From assembly GCF_000009705.1 (NCBI RefSeq), contig NC_003272.1, forward strand, positions 6,090,001-6,122,000: a stretch of 32,000 nucleotides of DNA, written 5' to 3'. This document shows, piece after piece, positions 23,285 through 32,000 of this stretch. Made by a program: the position numbers and the translations under genes. Numbering within the stretch: the first letter of the stretch is position 1; each line of letters starts with the position of its first letter. This DNA comes from Nostoc sp. PCC 7120 = FACHB-418 (GTDB lineage: Bacteria > Cyanobacteriota > Cyanobacteriia > Cyanobacteriales > Nostocaceae). Below the pieces are notes generated by a model, which saw nothing but the letters and a program-made list of their open reading frames with translations, was not told the origin of the DNA and made no database searches.

Positions 23285-24310
23285 GTGTTAGCAGCCTTGC
23301 TTTATGGTCAGGAAGATTTACGCTTAGAACAAGTTGCTGACCCATCTCCAGACGTTGGGGAGGTGGTAATTAAAGTGGGAGCAGCAACAACTTGTGGCAC
23401 AGATTTAAAAGTTTGGCGGCGTGGTGGTCATGCCAAGATGTTAAAATTGCCCACTTTATTTGGTCATGAAGCAGCTGGGGAAATTGTGGCGGTAGGTGCG
23501 GATGTGACGGGTTGGCAAATAGGCGATCGCGTAGTTGCCAATAATTCTGCACCCTGCATGAAATGTTTTTTTTGTCAACGTCAAGAATATTCCCTATGTC
23601 CCAATTTGACTTGGAATAATGGCACATTTGCCGAATACTTAAAAATCCCCGCCCCCATAGTACAGCATAATTTATTGCAGGTTCCTGATGAGTTGCCGTT
23701 ATCATTAGCCGCTATGACTGAACCCTTGGCTTGTGTGCTGCATGGGGTAGCTCGTTCTCACATTAAACCTCAAGATAGGGTTGTTGTCTTGGGGGATGGG
23801 GCAATTGGGTTAATGTTTGTGGCAGTCTTGGCTGATAAGGTTGAGGTATTGTTGTGGGGTGGTAACGACCAACGGCTAGAAATTGGTCAAAAGTTGGGGG
23901 CGACGAAAACCTTTAATTATCATCAAAATCCAGATATTCCCCATGTAGTGAAAGAACTCACCCAAGGTTGGGGTGCAGATGTAGTGATTGAAGCCACTGG
24001 TGTACCCAGCGTTTGGGAAACTGCGATCGCCTGCGCTCGTCCTGGTGCGATCGTCAATTTATTTGGTGGTTGTCCACGGGATACAACAATTACAGTCAAT
24101 ACAGAACAACTCCACTATAGCGAACTGACTCTCAAAGGCGTTTTTCACAACACCCCTGAATATGTACGTGCAGCACTGGCTCTAATAGCTAGCCGTAAAA
24201 TTCCTTTTGAATTATTAATTAGTGAACAGCGCCCATTAAAAGATTTAGAACAAGTATTTTATGACATGAAAGCGCGGAAAGTAATTAAGGTAGCAATGGT
24301 TTGTAGTTAG
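23285..24310 (+). CDS. Zinc-dependent medium-chain dehydrogenase/reductase (alcohol / threonine / sorbitol dehydrogenase-like)
   Basis: 341-aa ORF. GTG at 23285 is the first possible start after an in-frame TAA at 23264-23266. Catalytic Zn motif GHEAAGEIVAVG. Structural-Zn Cys cluster CMKCFFCQRQEYSLC. Rossmann motif VVVLGDGAIGL. Confidence 0.85.
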   Translation: MLAALLYGQEDLRLEQVADPSPDVGEVVIKVGAATTCGTDLKVWRRGGHAKMLKLPTLFGHEAAGEIVAVGADVTGWQIGDRVVANNSAPCMKCFFCQRQEYSLCPNLTWNNGTFAEYLKIPAPIVQHNLLQVPDELPLSLAAMTEPLACVLHGVARSHIKPQDRVVVLGDGAIGLMFVAVLADKVEVLLWGGNDQRLEIGQKLGATKTFNYHQNPDIPHVVKELTQGWGADVVIEATGVPSVWETAIACARPGAIVNLFGGCPRDTTITVNTEQLHYSELTLKGVFHNTPEYVRAALALIASRKIPFELLISEQRPLKDLEQVFYDMKARKVIKVAMVCS

Positions 24311-24365
24311 AAAATACAGCTACGAACTCAGTTCTAATGATTTACTTAACTGTAATAATTGGTTC

Positions 24366-25355
24366 TTAATTTGATGAAGATGAGGAAGTATCTAATGATT
24401 GTTGAACATCAGGATATTGCTGCTCAAAGCCGCTAACTTCTGACAATGTATAAAGTGGTCTTTGTTTAACCTCTTCATAAATTCGCCCGATATACTCACC
24501 TAAAATACCAATACTGACAAGTTGTACTGCTCCCAAAAAGAAGATAGCTATGAGAATAATGGCGATTCCAGTTAGGGGAGAATGGGGTGTAAAAATCCGC
24601 CAATATAAAACTAATAGACACATTAATAATGAGGCTATTGCGGCAAATAGTCCTAAATAAGTTGAAAGCCTTAATGGCACTTTAGAAAAGGAAACTATGC
24701 CATTAATTGCCAATGCGAAAGATTTACGAAAAGTATATTTGACATCGCCAGCAAAACGCGGATCTCGTTCAAATTTAACGGCTGTTTGGTTAAAACCTAC
24801 CCAAGAACGCAAGCCGCGAATGTAACGATTTCGCTCTGGCATGGCATTGAGTACATCGACAACTTGTCTATCTAATAAACAAAAGTCTCCCGTATCTGTA
24901 GGAATATCAACATCTGCTAGCTGTTTGAGAATCCGATAAAAAGCGTAGGCGGTAAAGCGTTTAAACCAGCCTTCTTGACGGCGTTTGATTCTTTGGGCAT
25001 AAATTATATGATATCCTTGCCGCCATAGTTCCACCATTTCCGCGATCAATTCTGGTGGATCTTGTAAATCAGCATCGAGAATCACAACTATTTGTCCACG
25101 GGCAAAATTCAAACCTGCGGTGACGGCGATTTGGTGACCAAAATTTCTGGCAAGACTTAAGTAGACAACACGCGGATCTTTTTGATGTAATTCTCGCATC
25201 ATTTTTAGAGAGCGATCGCGGCTACCATCGTTGACTAAACACAACTCGACTGAACCATCCATCTGATCCATTACCTGGGAAATGCGGCGATACATTTCTG
25301 TGATGGTTTCTTCTTCGTTGTAAATTGGGACGATAAAAGAATATTTAGGTGGCAT
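24366..25355 (-). CDS. Family-2 glycosyltransferase, polyprenol-phosphate sugar transferase type (DPM1/ArnC/GtrB-like)
   Basis: 329-aa ORF. N-terminal [10 protein letters not shown] and LVNDGSRD motifs. DxD-type motif [11 protein letters not shown]. Two C-terminal hydrophobic helices ([19 protein letters not shown] and [30 protein letters not shown]), as is typical of this subfamily. Confidence 0.85.
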   Translation of the reverse strand: MPPKYSFIVPIYNEEETITEMYRRISQVMDQMDGSVELCLVNDGSRDRSLKMMRELHQKDPRVVYLSLARNFGHQIAVTAGLNFARGQIVVILDADLQDPPELIAEMVELWRQGYHIIYAQRIKRRQEGWFKRFTAYAFYRILKQLADVDIPTDTGDFCLLDRQVVDVLNAMPERNRYIRGLRSWVGFNQTAVKFERDPRFAGDVKYTFRKSFALAINGIVSFSKVPLRLSTYLGLFAAIASLLMCLLVLYWRIFTPHSPLTGIAIILIAIFFLGAVQLVSIGILGEYIGRIYEEVKQRPLYTLSEVSGFEQQYPDVQQSLDTSSSSSN

Positions 25356-25367
25356 AGTTGAAATTTG

Positions 25368-26030
25368 TTAGGGTTTTTTACGAGTGGGAAAAGAGCGACG
25401 ACGACGATACCAAGTGGAACCACCAACTAGCATTCCAATCAATGCCAAAGCACCAACTAATGGTAGAACCTCACCAGTACGGATGGCTTTTAAACCAGAA
25501 CTCCCCAAAAGGACAAATGGTAAGATTCCGGGTACTGTTCCCAAGGCTGTACCAATTAGATAATCCTTAAAGCTGATTGATGTCAAACCGGCAGCAAAAT
25601 TTACTAATCCATAGGGTAGGATGGGCATCAGCCGGATAGCAAACATATAAAAAACGGCTCCCTGCCTAACTTCGGCATCGATAGCTTGCCAACGTCCAGC
25701 CAGTCTTTGAGCCACAATTTCCCGTCCTACTGTCCGCGCAAAAATAAAGGCAGCGATCGCCGCAATAATTGCACCTACACTTGTCCAGAATGTCCCCATC
25801 CAAGGGCCGAAAATCGCTCCACCAGTTAAATTCAATGCCGTTGATGGCAAAATCAAAATAGTCGCCACCACGTATACAGCTACATAAGTAACAGGGGCCC
25901 AAATTCCCGCAGCCTTTAACCAAGCTTGAATTAACTCTGGATTAATTCCCCCCAGTAGATATCCTGTAACTCCTGTGGCTATGAGACACACAGCCATCAA
26001 TAAGGCGAAACTGGTTTTAGCATTCAGCAT
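25368..26030 (-). CDS. TVP38/TMEM64 (DedA-related, SNARE-associated-like) integral membrane protein
   Basis: 220-aa polytopic ORF. It contains VTYVAVYVVATILILPSTALNLTGGAIFGPWMGTFW..., AAIAAFIFARTVGREIV and PYGLVNFAAGLTSISFKDYLIGTALG, which resemble the family core. It is 12 bp upstream of the GT2 gene on the same strand. Confidence 0.75.
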   Translation of the reverse strand: MLNAKTSFALLMAVCLIATGVTGYLLGGINPELIQAWLKAAGIWAPVTYVAVYVVATILILPSTALNLTGGAIFGPWMGTFWTSVGAIIAAIAAFIFARTVGREIVAQRLAGRWQAIDAEVRQGAVFYMFAIRLMPILPYGLVNFAAGLTSISFKDYLIGTALGTVPGILPFVLLGSSGLKAIRTGEVLPLVGALALIGMLVGGSTWYRRRRSFPTRKKP

Positions 26031-26157
26031 TAATTAAGACTCCTAGTTGTTCAACCTGACATCTGATGAACGCAGTCCCGTTCATCGATCTGTTTTTGAC
26101 TAAGGAAGGCGATCGCTAACACCGTTTTGATTCATTGATTTCATTACATAACTATCT

Positions 26158-28122
26158 TTACTCTTTCATCAACACAGTCACTGGTTTAGAAAATAATTTT
26201 TTCGTATATTTTACATTTTTAAAAATCATTGACTCTACTGGCGCTTCTTCGTCTCTTCTCACGGCAATAATACCACAAGGTTGAAATTGATTATGTGGAT
26301 ACACTTGAGATTTCACAGCAGTAAAATTAGTAGGGTTTAAGATATGTCCAAACTTAATTACTCGCTGCTGCTGATTATTTAATAGAACCCAAAATGGATA
26401 TTCCCAATAACGGGCAGATGGAGTTTGTTCGGTTCCCAAGGAAAGTCCAATATTTTCACATTGTATAGTTTTTACAAAATTAGTTGCCTCAAAATATGAA
26501 TTGATCAGATGAGGTCGATTAGTAAAGTAAAGTTCGTTTCTACTAGTATTAAAAATATTATTTTCTGCTGCTATGGGTCGGAATTTATTGATAAACACAA
26601 ACTGCATGGATGTTACTAAAAGAATCACCGCTAAGAATGTGACAAAATAACGGCTCCAGACTTGGCAGAAAACTAAGCCGACAAAAGCAGAGAACAGTAC
26701 GAATAAAGAAAGATGATGACGACTTTGATATGGCTGCAATTTTAGCATCCAACATAACAGTAAAAAGCCAGCAACCAAAGATAAGACATAAGCTAGTAAT
26801 TCTTTATTGCTCCTCAATCTTTTATGAAAGATAAATATGGCTATAGCTATTAAAGTCAGTAACAAATGTAAAGGATTACCCGCAACATTTTCGTCAAAAG
26901 ACAGCCCTGGTACACCATTGTAAGAGTTGGGGGGATGGGTTATCCGCGAGTCGGTCATATCCACCCCTAAAAAGCCATGAATTATAGTAATTATTTTAGT
27001 TAGCTTACCCGTCAATGGTTCTATAATTTTTTGCAAACCTAAGTGTCTAACAATATCTGTATGCAAAGATAAATTACGAATGATATTAGAAATCCATGTA
27101 GGTAGGCTATATATTTCTATCTTGTATTCTTTGGAGTATTCTGCTGCTGATATAGGATTACCATATAAATCAAAATTACGTAAATAATGCCCGATATTTA
27201 AGGTGAAGAAAATAGCAGCTACAATCACTCCTGACTTCCACATTTTCCAGCGCATTGAGTTGACATACCAGATAAATAACCAAACCATGAAGGGAAAAGC
27301 AAAGATATAACCAGAACTCTTTGTGTACACGGCTAATCCACAACTGGCGCCAATACTTAAGACTAAGTGCGTGGGAGGATTTTTATCAGGTAAAGTCAAC
27401 AGCACAAAATGGGCTAAACAAACTAGCCAAAAACAAACCGCATAATCGTTTTGAGTGCTAGAACTTTGCAAAATACCCATCGGGAGAGTAGCACAGAATA
27501 CGGTAGCAAAAATCTGTCCTCGCTTATCTGCTCCTAATTGCTGGGCAATTAATGATACGCCGATGATGCTACCAATCATACTAAACACTTGTACTAAATT
27601 GGCAAAGCGATCGCCCCCACTCAAAATTTGCAGATGTAAAATCACCACCTCCGCAAAAGGTGGGTGAACTAATTGGGCTGAGTAGTAGGTAGGATAATGA
27701 GCCAGACTACGGTTTTGTATCCAATGCACCACCCGCGCCATGTGATAAGTCATGGAATCCCAGTTATTTGGGGGAGCAACGATCGCAATTATAGTAATGG
27801 TGGCAATAATAAAAGCTACACCACCCAATAATACTAAGGAAACGGGAGTGATTGAGGGAAGTTTTGGGGAAAAGAGCGTGCGCTTTCCTGTTTTAACGAG
27901 GCGATAGTAAATCCATCCCAAAGCAAGATTAGCCAGCAACCACAAAGCTAGCACCCAACCAAAGGTGATGATTCGCAAAAGGCTGAAAACTTCCGTGGAA
28001 ATCGTGACTAGAACACCCCAGGAAACTGCTGCTGATAACACAGCACTACGCCAATCTCGCTCAGAATTGTGAAAAATCAGCCAAAGAATCACTAAGGATA
28101 ATAAGACTAGTCCAGTCAGCAT
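26158..28122 (-). CDS. Large polytopic membrane protein, putative GT-C-fold glycosyltransferase (ArnT/PMT_2-like)
   Basis: 654-aa ORF with more than ten hydrophobic segments. An acidic/aromatic first-loop motif (PPNNWDSMTYHMARVVHW) follows TM helices, and there is a soluble-looking C-terminal domain. It is co-oriented and upstream of the TVP38 and GT2 genes. The CDS call is solid; the functional call is tentative. Confidence 0.55.
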   Translation of the reverse strand: MLTGLVLLSLVILWLIFHNSERDWRSAVLSAAVSWGVLVTISTEVFSLLRIITFGWVLALWLLANLALGWIYYRLVKTGKRTLFSPKLPSITPVSLVLLGGVAFIIATITIIAIVAPPNNWDSMTYHMARVVHWIQNRSLAHYPTYYSAQLVHPPFAEVVILHLQILSGGDRFANLVQVFSMIGSIIGVSLIAQQLGADKRGQIFATVFCATLPMGILQSSSTQNDYAVCFWLVCLAHFVLLTLPDKNPPTHLVLSIGASCGLAVYTKSSGYIFAFPFMVWLFIWYVNSMRWKMWKSGVIVAAIFFTLNIGHYLRNFDLYGNPISAAEYSKEYKIEIYSLPTWISNIIRNLSLHTDIVRHLGLQKIIEPLTGKLTKIITIIHGFLGVDMTDSRITHPPNSYNGVPGLSFDENVAGNPLHLLLTLIAIAIFIFHKRLRSNKELLAYVLSLVAGFLLLCWMLKLQPYQSRHHLSLFVLFSAFVGLVFCQVWSRYFVTFLAVILLVTSMQFVFINKFRPIAAENNIFNTSRNELYFTNRPHLINSYFEATNFVKTIQCENIGLSLGTEQTPSARYWEYPFWVLLNNQQQRVIKFGHILNPTNFTAVKSQVYPHNQFQPCGIIAVRRDEEAPVESMIFKNVKYTKKLFSKPVTVLMKE

Positions 28123-28341
28123 ATTGGAACCTCACACCTAACGCCTCAAGTTGAGTAATTATCAGTAAAATCTATGTATAATCAACGCCTATTATACTTA
28201 TTGCTAAGATATTAACTCATCGATAGTTCAGACATCTGCTTTTGTTGATTAGGCAGGTGATTGAAATAATCTTCCTGCAAAACGGGAAAACTATGGTTAT
28301 TCCCTCACGGGTAAATTTCTATATGAGTCCCGAATAGGAAA

Positions 28342-28953
28342 ATGCTCAAAAAATTTCGGCTGAACTTTTTGATTTTGCCCTTTTCTCTAGTTTCCTGGTT
28401 GTGTCTAGGAATATTGACTAACCCCCAGGCTGATGCGTTACCCGGACAAAGTACGGAAGAAGTGGGTACTTGGATTAAAGCCCATCCCACTCTCCGTCCC
28501 AGGGCTGGAGAAAAATTATTTGTGCAGAAAAGTGATACAGCCGCCCAGCGATTCACTTTTCAAGCGTCGGTATTACCCCCTGGTAAAGTAGGATTTACCA
28601 AAGACCGGAGTGTAATTCGGACTGAACGCATTGCTATGTATGATGCCATTAACGGTATGAGCTTGCAGCGTTTACAAGAATCCTTGCGGGTGATTTATGG
28701 TTTAGATATTTATCAAGACTTTAAACGCGCCCAAGTGGTGTACGAATATCCCAACGAAAGCGCCATTAACTCAGCGCGGCTGGCGAAAACTCCCATCCGG
28801 GAAGCTTTGAAGGGAGAATTACGTGTAGGCGATCGCTATGCTTATTGGCTAGAAGTCGCCCAACCTAGAAACGGCAAGGCTTTTACTGGGCAGATGACTG
28901 TTTTACTCAAGAATGACTTGGACAAGTTAGAAGCAGAACTGCGAAATCGTTAG
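28342..28953 (+). CDS. Hypothetical secreted protein (N-terminal signal peptide)
   Basis: 203-aa ORF. ATG is preceded by AGGAA. The N-terminus MLKKFRLNFLILPFSLVSWLCLGILTNPQADA looks like a Sec signal. I recognised no family motif. Confidence 0.6.
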   Translation: MLKKFRLNFLILPFSLVSWLCLGILTNPQADALPGQSTEEVGTWIKAHPTLRPRAGEKLFVQKSDTAAQRFTFQASVLPPGKVGFTKDRSVIRTERIAMYDAINGMSLQRLQESLRVIYGLDIYQDFKRAQVVYEYPNESAINSARLAKTPIREALKGELRVGDRYAYWLEVAQPRNGKAFTGQMTVLLKNDLDKLEAELRNR

Positions 28954-28977
28954 CTAGGATATGGCTGTTATATTTAT

Positions 28978-29007
28978 ATCCCCGACTTTTTATAAAAAGT
29001 CGGGGAT
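28978..29007. terminator. Perfect 30-nt palindrome; probable bidirectional intrinsic terminator between convergent genes
   Basis: ATCCCCGACTTTTTA|TAAAAAGTCGGGGAT, with a GC core CCCCGAC/GTCGGGG. It lies 25 nt after the stop of 28342-28953 (+) and 8 nt after the stop of 29015-29374 (-), and is flanked by T/A-rich runs. Confidence 0.6.
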
Positions 29008-29014
29008 GTTTCTA

Positions 29015-29374
29015 TTATAAATTTCCAGGCGGTAGGGTTTGCCAAACACCAGAAAAAATACTTTCCGTAGCTAAAGCAATTCGTAGCAAATCTTCCTTGA
29101 GTAGTGGTGGCCAATCTACACCGGCTCTACGCCCTGCCACAAATAGCTGTTGAGCCTTAACGGTTAACTGATAAAGTGCAAAAACTAATTCCCTGTCCAG
29201 ACTAGGGGAATCTTTCAGCGCCTCAAATACTACTTTCAACGCTAATAAAATTGAGGTAATTTGACCAGGCACTGGCGGTTTGCCGTGTCTCATTCGCATC
29301 AACAAGGCATCAGGGTTTTCCTCACTTGCTATTGTCTGTCCTACTAGGAGTTTGTGAGCTATCTCGTAATTCAT
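29015..29374 (-). CDS. Hypothetical protein (119 aa, soluble, helical-looking)
   Basis: ORF with an ATG start and ordinary, non-repetitive composition. I recognised no motif. It is followed by the palindromic terminator. Confidence 0.5.
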   Translation of the reverse strand: MNYEIAHKLLVGQTIASEENPDALLMRMRHGKPPVPGQITSILLALKVVFEALKDSPSLDRELVFALYQLTVKAQQLFVAGRRAGVDWPPLLKEDLLRIALATESIFSGVWQTLPPGNL

Positions 29375-29533
29375 CTATCCAGCCTAGTGTAGATGTTTAC
29401 ACAATTAGATACTTATGTTATGCGAAATTTATTACTATCTAAAGTGTAAGTTTAGGATAAATATATCCTTATCTGTTAGGAGTTACACAGGTGTCATAAA
29501 TTGCTGATTGAGTCAAAAGTCGAATATTTCTTA

Positions 29534-31045
29534 CTAATGACTATGATTAATTTGCCTAACTACAGTTAAAGCCGAGTAGCTTACGCCGGCTGTCCCTTCA
29601 CCTGGGTGGGTAGAGTCACCGACTAACCACAGATGGTCAATGGGTGTACGATTGGCAAAACCAAAGGGGCCGAATGTGGGGATTCTTTGACCAATACCAC
29701 CGACTATACCGCGATCGCGTGCTGTGTAATGGGCAAAGGTACGCGGTGTAGCAGCTTCTTGATAAATAATAGTCTCTGGTTTGAGATAAAAGTATTGGGC
29801 TAATTTGGCGATCGCTTCTTGGGTAAATTTCTGTTTCAAACCAGGGTAATCTTCCGTACTCCACCACCGTTCGGGGTCTACGAAAGATGAGGCAATAATT
29901 GTAGCTTTTCCTTCTGGCGCGCGACCATCACCAGCATGACTCACCGACACAAACAAAGAATTATTCTCCCCAATCACACCATCAGCATCATATAAAAACT
30001 GCAAATGGGGGGGACATTCGGGCGGGATAGCACTAGCATCTACACCCAAATACACAACAAACGCCCCTGATGCTTGGGGGAGTTTATTGACACGCTGCTT
30101 ATAACCTGATGGAGCCTTGTCGCCTAATAGTTGCACTAGGTTCTGCACAGTCACGTTAGCAACTATGTGGTCTGCTTCTTCTGTCCAAACTTCCCCTGTT
30201 TTTTGGTTTCTGATGACGACAGCAGATGCTTTACCGTTTTCCACTTTGATTTGTTCAACGGTATGACGCATCAATAATTTACCGCCATCTCTTTCTAACG
30301 CTTCGACTAGGCGATCGCTTAATACCTGCATACTACCTTCTAGGTGAAATAATCCCTGTGGTAGTTGGGACACACTCAACGCCGTTGCAGCATAAAGTAA
30401 AGCCGTCTCCTCAGCGTTGACTTGAGAATATAGTTTGAGTTGCAAATCTAAAAATGTCCTCAGTCGGTGGTCATTTCCCAAACCACACAACCTTAAAGCG
30501 TCACCCACGGTAAATAGTGTGAAGGGTACAGTAACTAAGGTACTAGGACGTACCGCCTGGGTTAACTGCCACAAATCCCACAAATTACGCGGCGGTAAAA
30601 CTGGGTCACGTCCTTGAAACTCCCAACTGGCATCAAATAAAGTAGCCATCAATTGCCAAAATGGTTCACTCCCAGGAAATTGTCTTTGGCGTTCTTCCTG
30701 CCACTTTTTTGGGTCGCGCCAAACATTGATAGGTGTATTTTCCCCCGGTAAATAAACTGCACAAGCAGGGTCACAAGGTGTTGCATCTGGTAAATCTATT
30801 TCCAGTTCCGAAAAGATGCGGTGATGGATTCCCCCTGGTTCTAAGCCTGCAACCTGAGTTGCACCCACATCAAAGGTGAATCCTTGGCGTTTAAATGTGG
30901 AAGCACAACCCCCAGGAACAAGGGCTTGGTCTAATATGAGGACGCTGTAACCGCGATGGGCTAATAATGCACCAGCCGTTAGTCCGCCTATTCCCGCACC
31001 AATCACGACTACACGGGGTTTATTTTGCTTAACAATATTAGACAT
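29534..31045 (-). CDS. crtD: FAD-dependent phytoene-desaturase-family oxidoreductase, probably carotenoid C-3',4' desaturase CrtD
   Basis: 503-aa ORF. N-terminal dinucleotide fold VVVIGAGIGGLTAGALLA..GY.V..LDQ...GGCASTF.R.GFTFDVGATQVAGLE.GGIH. C-terminal LWLVGDSTHPGEGTAGV. The length and motif pattern match my recollection of cyanobacterial CrtD (Synechocystis slr1293-like) better than CrtISO. Subfamily assignment is from memory only. Confidence 0.6.
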   Translation of the reverse strand: MSNIVKQNKPRVVVIGAGIGGLTAGALLAHRGYSVLILDQALVPGGCASTFKRQGFTFDVGATQVAGLEPGGIHHRIFSELEIDLPDATPCDPACAVYLPGENTPINVWRDPKKWQEERQRQFPGSEPFWQLMATLFDASWEFQGRDPVLPPRNLWDLWQLTQAVRPSTLVTVPFTLFTVGDALRLCGLGNDHRLRTFLDLQLKLYSQVNAEETALLYAATALSVSQLPQGLFHLEGSMQVLSDRLVEALERDGGKLLMRHTVEQIKVENGKASAVVIRNQKTGEVWTEEADHIVANVTVQNLVQLLGDKAPSGYKQRVNKLPQASGAFVVYLGVDASAIPPECPPHLQFLYDADGVIGENNSLFVSVSHAGDGRAPEGKATIIASSFVDPERWWSTEDYPGLKQKFTQEAIAKLAQYFYLKPETIIYQEAATPRTFAHYTARDRGIVGGIGQRIPTFGPFGFANRTPIDHLWLVGDSTHPGEGTAGVSYSALTVVRQINHSH

Positions 31046-31204
31046 TTAGTTTACAAAAATTAATATTACTACTCATAATTTTACAAGCTAATTGCGGTGA
31101 AGTTGGGGCGATCGCTAAAGAAAAAACCTAACAATTGCACTGAGGACATTAATTTTCAGTTTCTGAGAAAATTGCTTTGAGAAAAAAATACAAGATACAG
31201 TCAC

Positions 31205-31768
31205 ATGAAATATATCAAGCGTCACGCTAACAAAATTGAGCTTATTGTCGAGGTGATTTTTTTAGTGGTCTTATTTCTGCTGGGATTTTTTCTGGATTAT
31301 AAATACGCTGCTTCCTTATATTGGAAATATTACTTATTTATGGCTGTTTTAGCCCTCATTTTACTTTTGCCAGTGTACTTGCAATCTCGGCGGAAACAAG
31401 AATTGTGGCTGTTTATCGGGTTCAATCTAAGTCTGTTAGCTTTGTACTTTGTAACTCTCTCGCCTGTCAAACCCTTCACTCAGTTTTATCTTGACATTAA
31501 ACATGGGATGACAATTCAAGAAGTGCAAAGCAGATTAAACCAGCGTTTTCCCAAAGGTGGAAGATTTCCTCAGCCAGAATCGCAACTTCTTGATGAACAT
31601 CAGGGTGTGCTAGAAAATATTAACCCAAAAGAAAAAGGCTTTTTAGCTGTACCTAACCAGTGTCTAAACTACATTCTTGACCTAAACGATGGTCGTTACA
31701 ATGCAGAAGTGGTAAATGTTTATTTCAAAAATGGCGAAGTGGTAGGAATGGAGTATTTGCCCGATTGA
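31205..31768 (+). CDS. Hypothetical small membrane protein (three N-terminal TM segments plus a soluble C-terminal domain)
   Basis: 187-aa ORF with ATG at 31205. Hydrophobic stretches: IELIVEVIFLVVLFLLGFFL, YLFMAVLALILLLPVYL, LWLFIGFNLSLLALYFVTL. I recognised no family. Confidence 0.5.
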   Translation: MKYIKRHANKIELIVEVIFLVVLFLLGFFLDYKYAASLYWKYYLFMAVLALILLLPVYLQSRRKQELWLFIGFNLSLLALYFVTLSPVKPFTQFYLDIKHGMTIQEVQSRLNQRFPKGGRFPQPESQLLDEHQGVLENINPKEKGFLAVPNQCLNYILDLNDGRYNAEVVNVYFKNGEVVGMEYLPD

Positions 31769-31891
31769 GAAAAAACCTTCAACCCAGCCTCAAAAAATCT
31801 TTGTGTGTCCGTTTCAGATGCAACAATCAAATATATTTTGGGGTGACGGATAAGATAAAGAAGTAACAGATCAGTTCATTCCCCACTACCC

Positions 31892-32000
31892 ATGACATCA
31901 ACCCTGCGGAAACTGCCCCGACTTAATGCCCCAAAGCTACATACACTACCCAATGGTTTGACGATCATAGTGGAGCAAATGCCAGTTGAAGCCGTGAATC
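31892..32000 (+). CDS. M16 (pitrilysin/insulinase) family peptidase, N-terminal fragment continuing past the window
   Basis: ATG at 31892. My translation is MTSTLRKLPRLNAPKLHTLPNGLTIIVEQMPVEAVN. The motif LPNGLT.I.E....EAV is the characteristic start of cyanobacterial processing-protease-like M16 proteins. Only 36 codons are visible. Confidence 0.55.
   Translation, partial: MTSTLRKLPRLNAPKLHTLPNGLTIIVEQMPVEAVN

Noticed and set aside
23256-23291. An ATG-initiated 11-codon mini-ORF (MKTKFYGLKLC) that overlaps the GTG start of the dehydrogenase gene. It could be a leader peptide or an alternative start.
   Set aside because: It is out of frame with the dehydrogenase and ends at TAG 23289-23291. 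It is too short to support from sequence alone.
26065-26086. Hairpin GATGAACG-cagtcc-CGTTCATC followed by a T-run on the plus strand, in the gap between the GT-C-like and TVP38 genes.
   Set aside because: The T-run follows the stem only on the plus strand, whereas both flanking genes are transcribed on the minus strand. It does not fit an intrinsic terminator for them. At most it is a weak intercistronic structure.
21624-30617. Short ORFs overlapping larger genes: 21624-21818, 21760-21951, 22205-22432, 22507-22710, 23370-23705, 25358-25570, 25666-25923, 27455-27667, 28305-28556, 29637-29867, 30435-30617.
   Set aside because: Each is antisense to, or out of frame within, a longer ORF that has recognisable family motifs or a clear signal or TM organisation. 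None shows a motif of its own. ORF 28305-28556 (-) overlaps the start of 28342-28953 (+), which I preferred for its length, AGGAA-ATG context and signal peptide.
1-32000. Evidence that the TPS array is a mobile or horizontally acquired island, such as transposases, integrases, a tRNA attachment site or flanking direct repeats.
   Set aside because: No such genes or sites are visible in the window. HIP1 palindromes occur inside the array as well as in the flanking genes, which argues for long residence in a cyanobacterial genome. The left boundary of the array is not in the window.

Overview
No database or profile searches were run; all family calls rest on motifs read by eye from the translations. 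The segment looks cyanobacterial, probably from a filamentous Nostocales-type genome. It is AT-rich and carries many HIP1 palindromes (GCGATCGC), e.g. at 540-547, 1621-1628, 2689-2696 and 5223-5230. About 72% of the window (1-23088, all minus strand) is one two-partner-secretion (type Vb) locus. It has a single Omp85-type TpsB transporter gene (21322-23088) followed head-to-tail by at least eight TpsA / filamentous-haemagglutinin-like exoprotein paralogues. The seven complete copies are about 795-961 aa. The copy furthest from tpsB (paralogue 1, 1-2399) runs off the left edge, so the array may continue. Spacers between TpsA genes are only 62-94 bp. Every paralogue has a signal peptide, a TPS domain, a divergent Gly/Asn/Ser/Thr-rich beta-helix-type core and a conserved C-terminal module of about 200 aa with two cysteines. 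These three parts are shuffled between copies, and one 160-bp tract is perfectly identical between two copies. A GGGAA motif sits 34-39 nt upstream of all eight TpsA start codons. The right third of the window holds ordinary-looking genes: a Zn-dependent MDR dehydrogenase; a three-gene membrane glycosylation-type operon (GT-C-like membrane protein, TVP38/TMEM64 protein, GT2 polyprenol-phosphate glycosyltransferase); two small hypothetical genes separated by a palindromic terminator; a CrtD-like FAD desaturase; a small membrane protein; and the first 36 codons of an M16 peptidase. I saw no rRNA, tRNA, CRISPR array, transposase or integrase.
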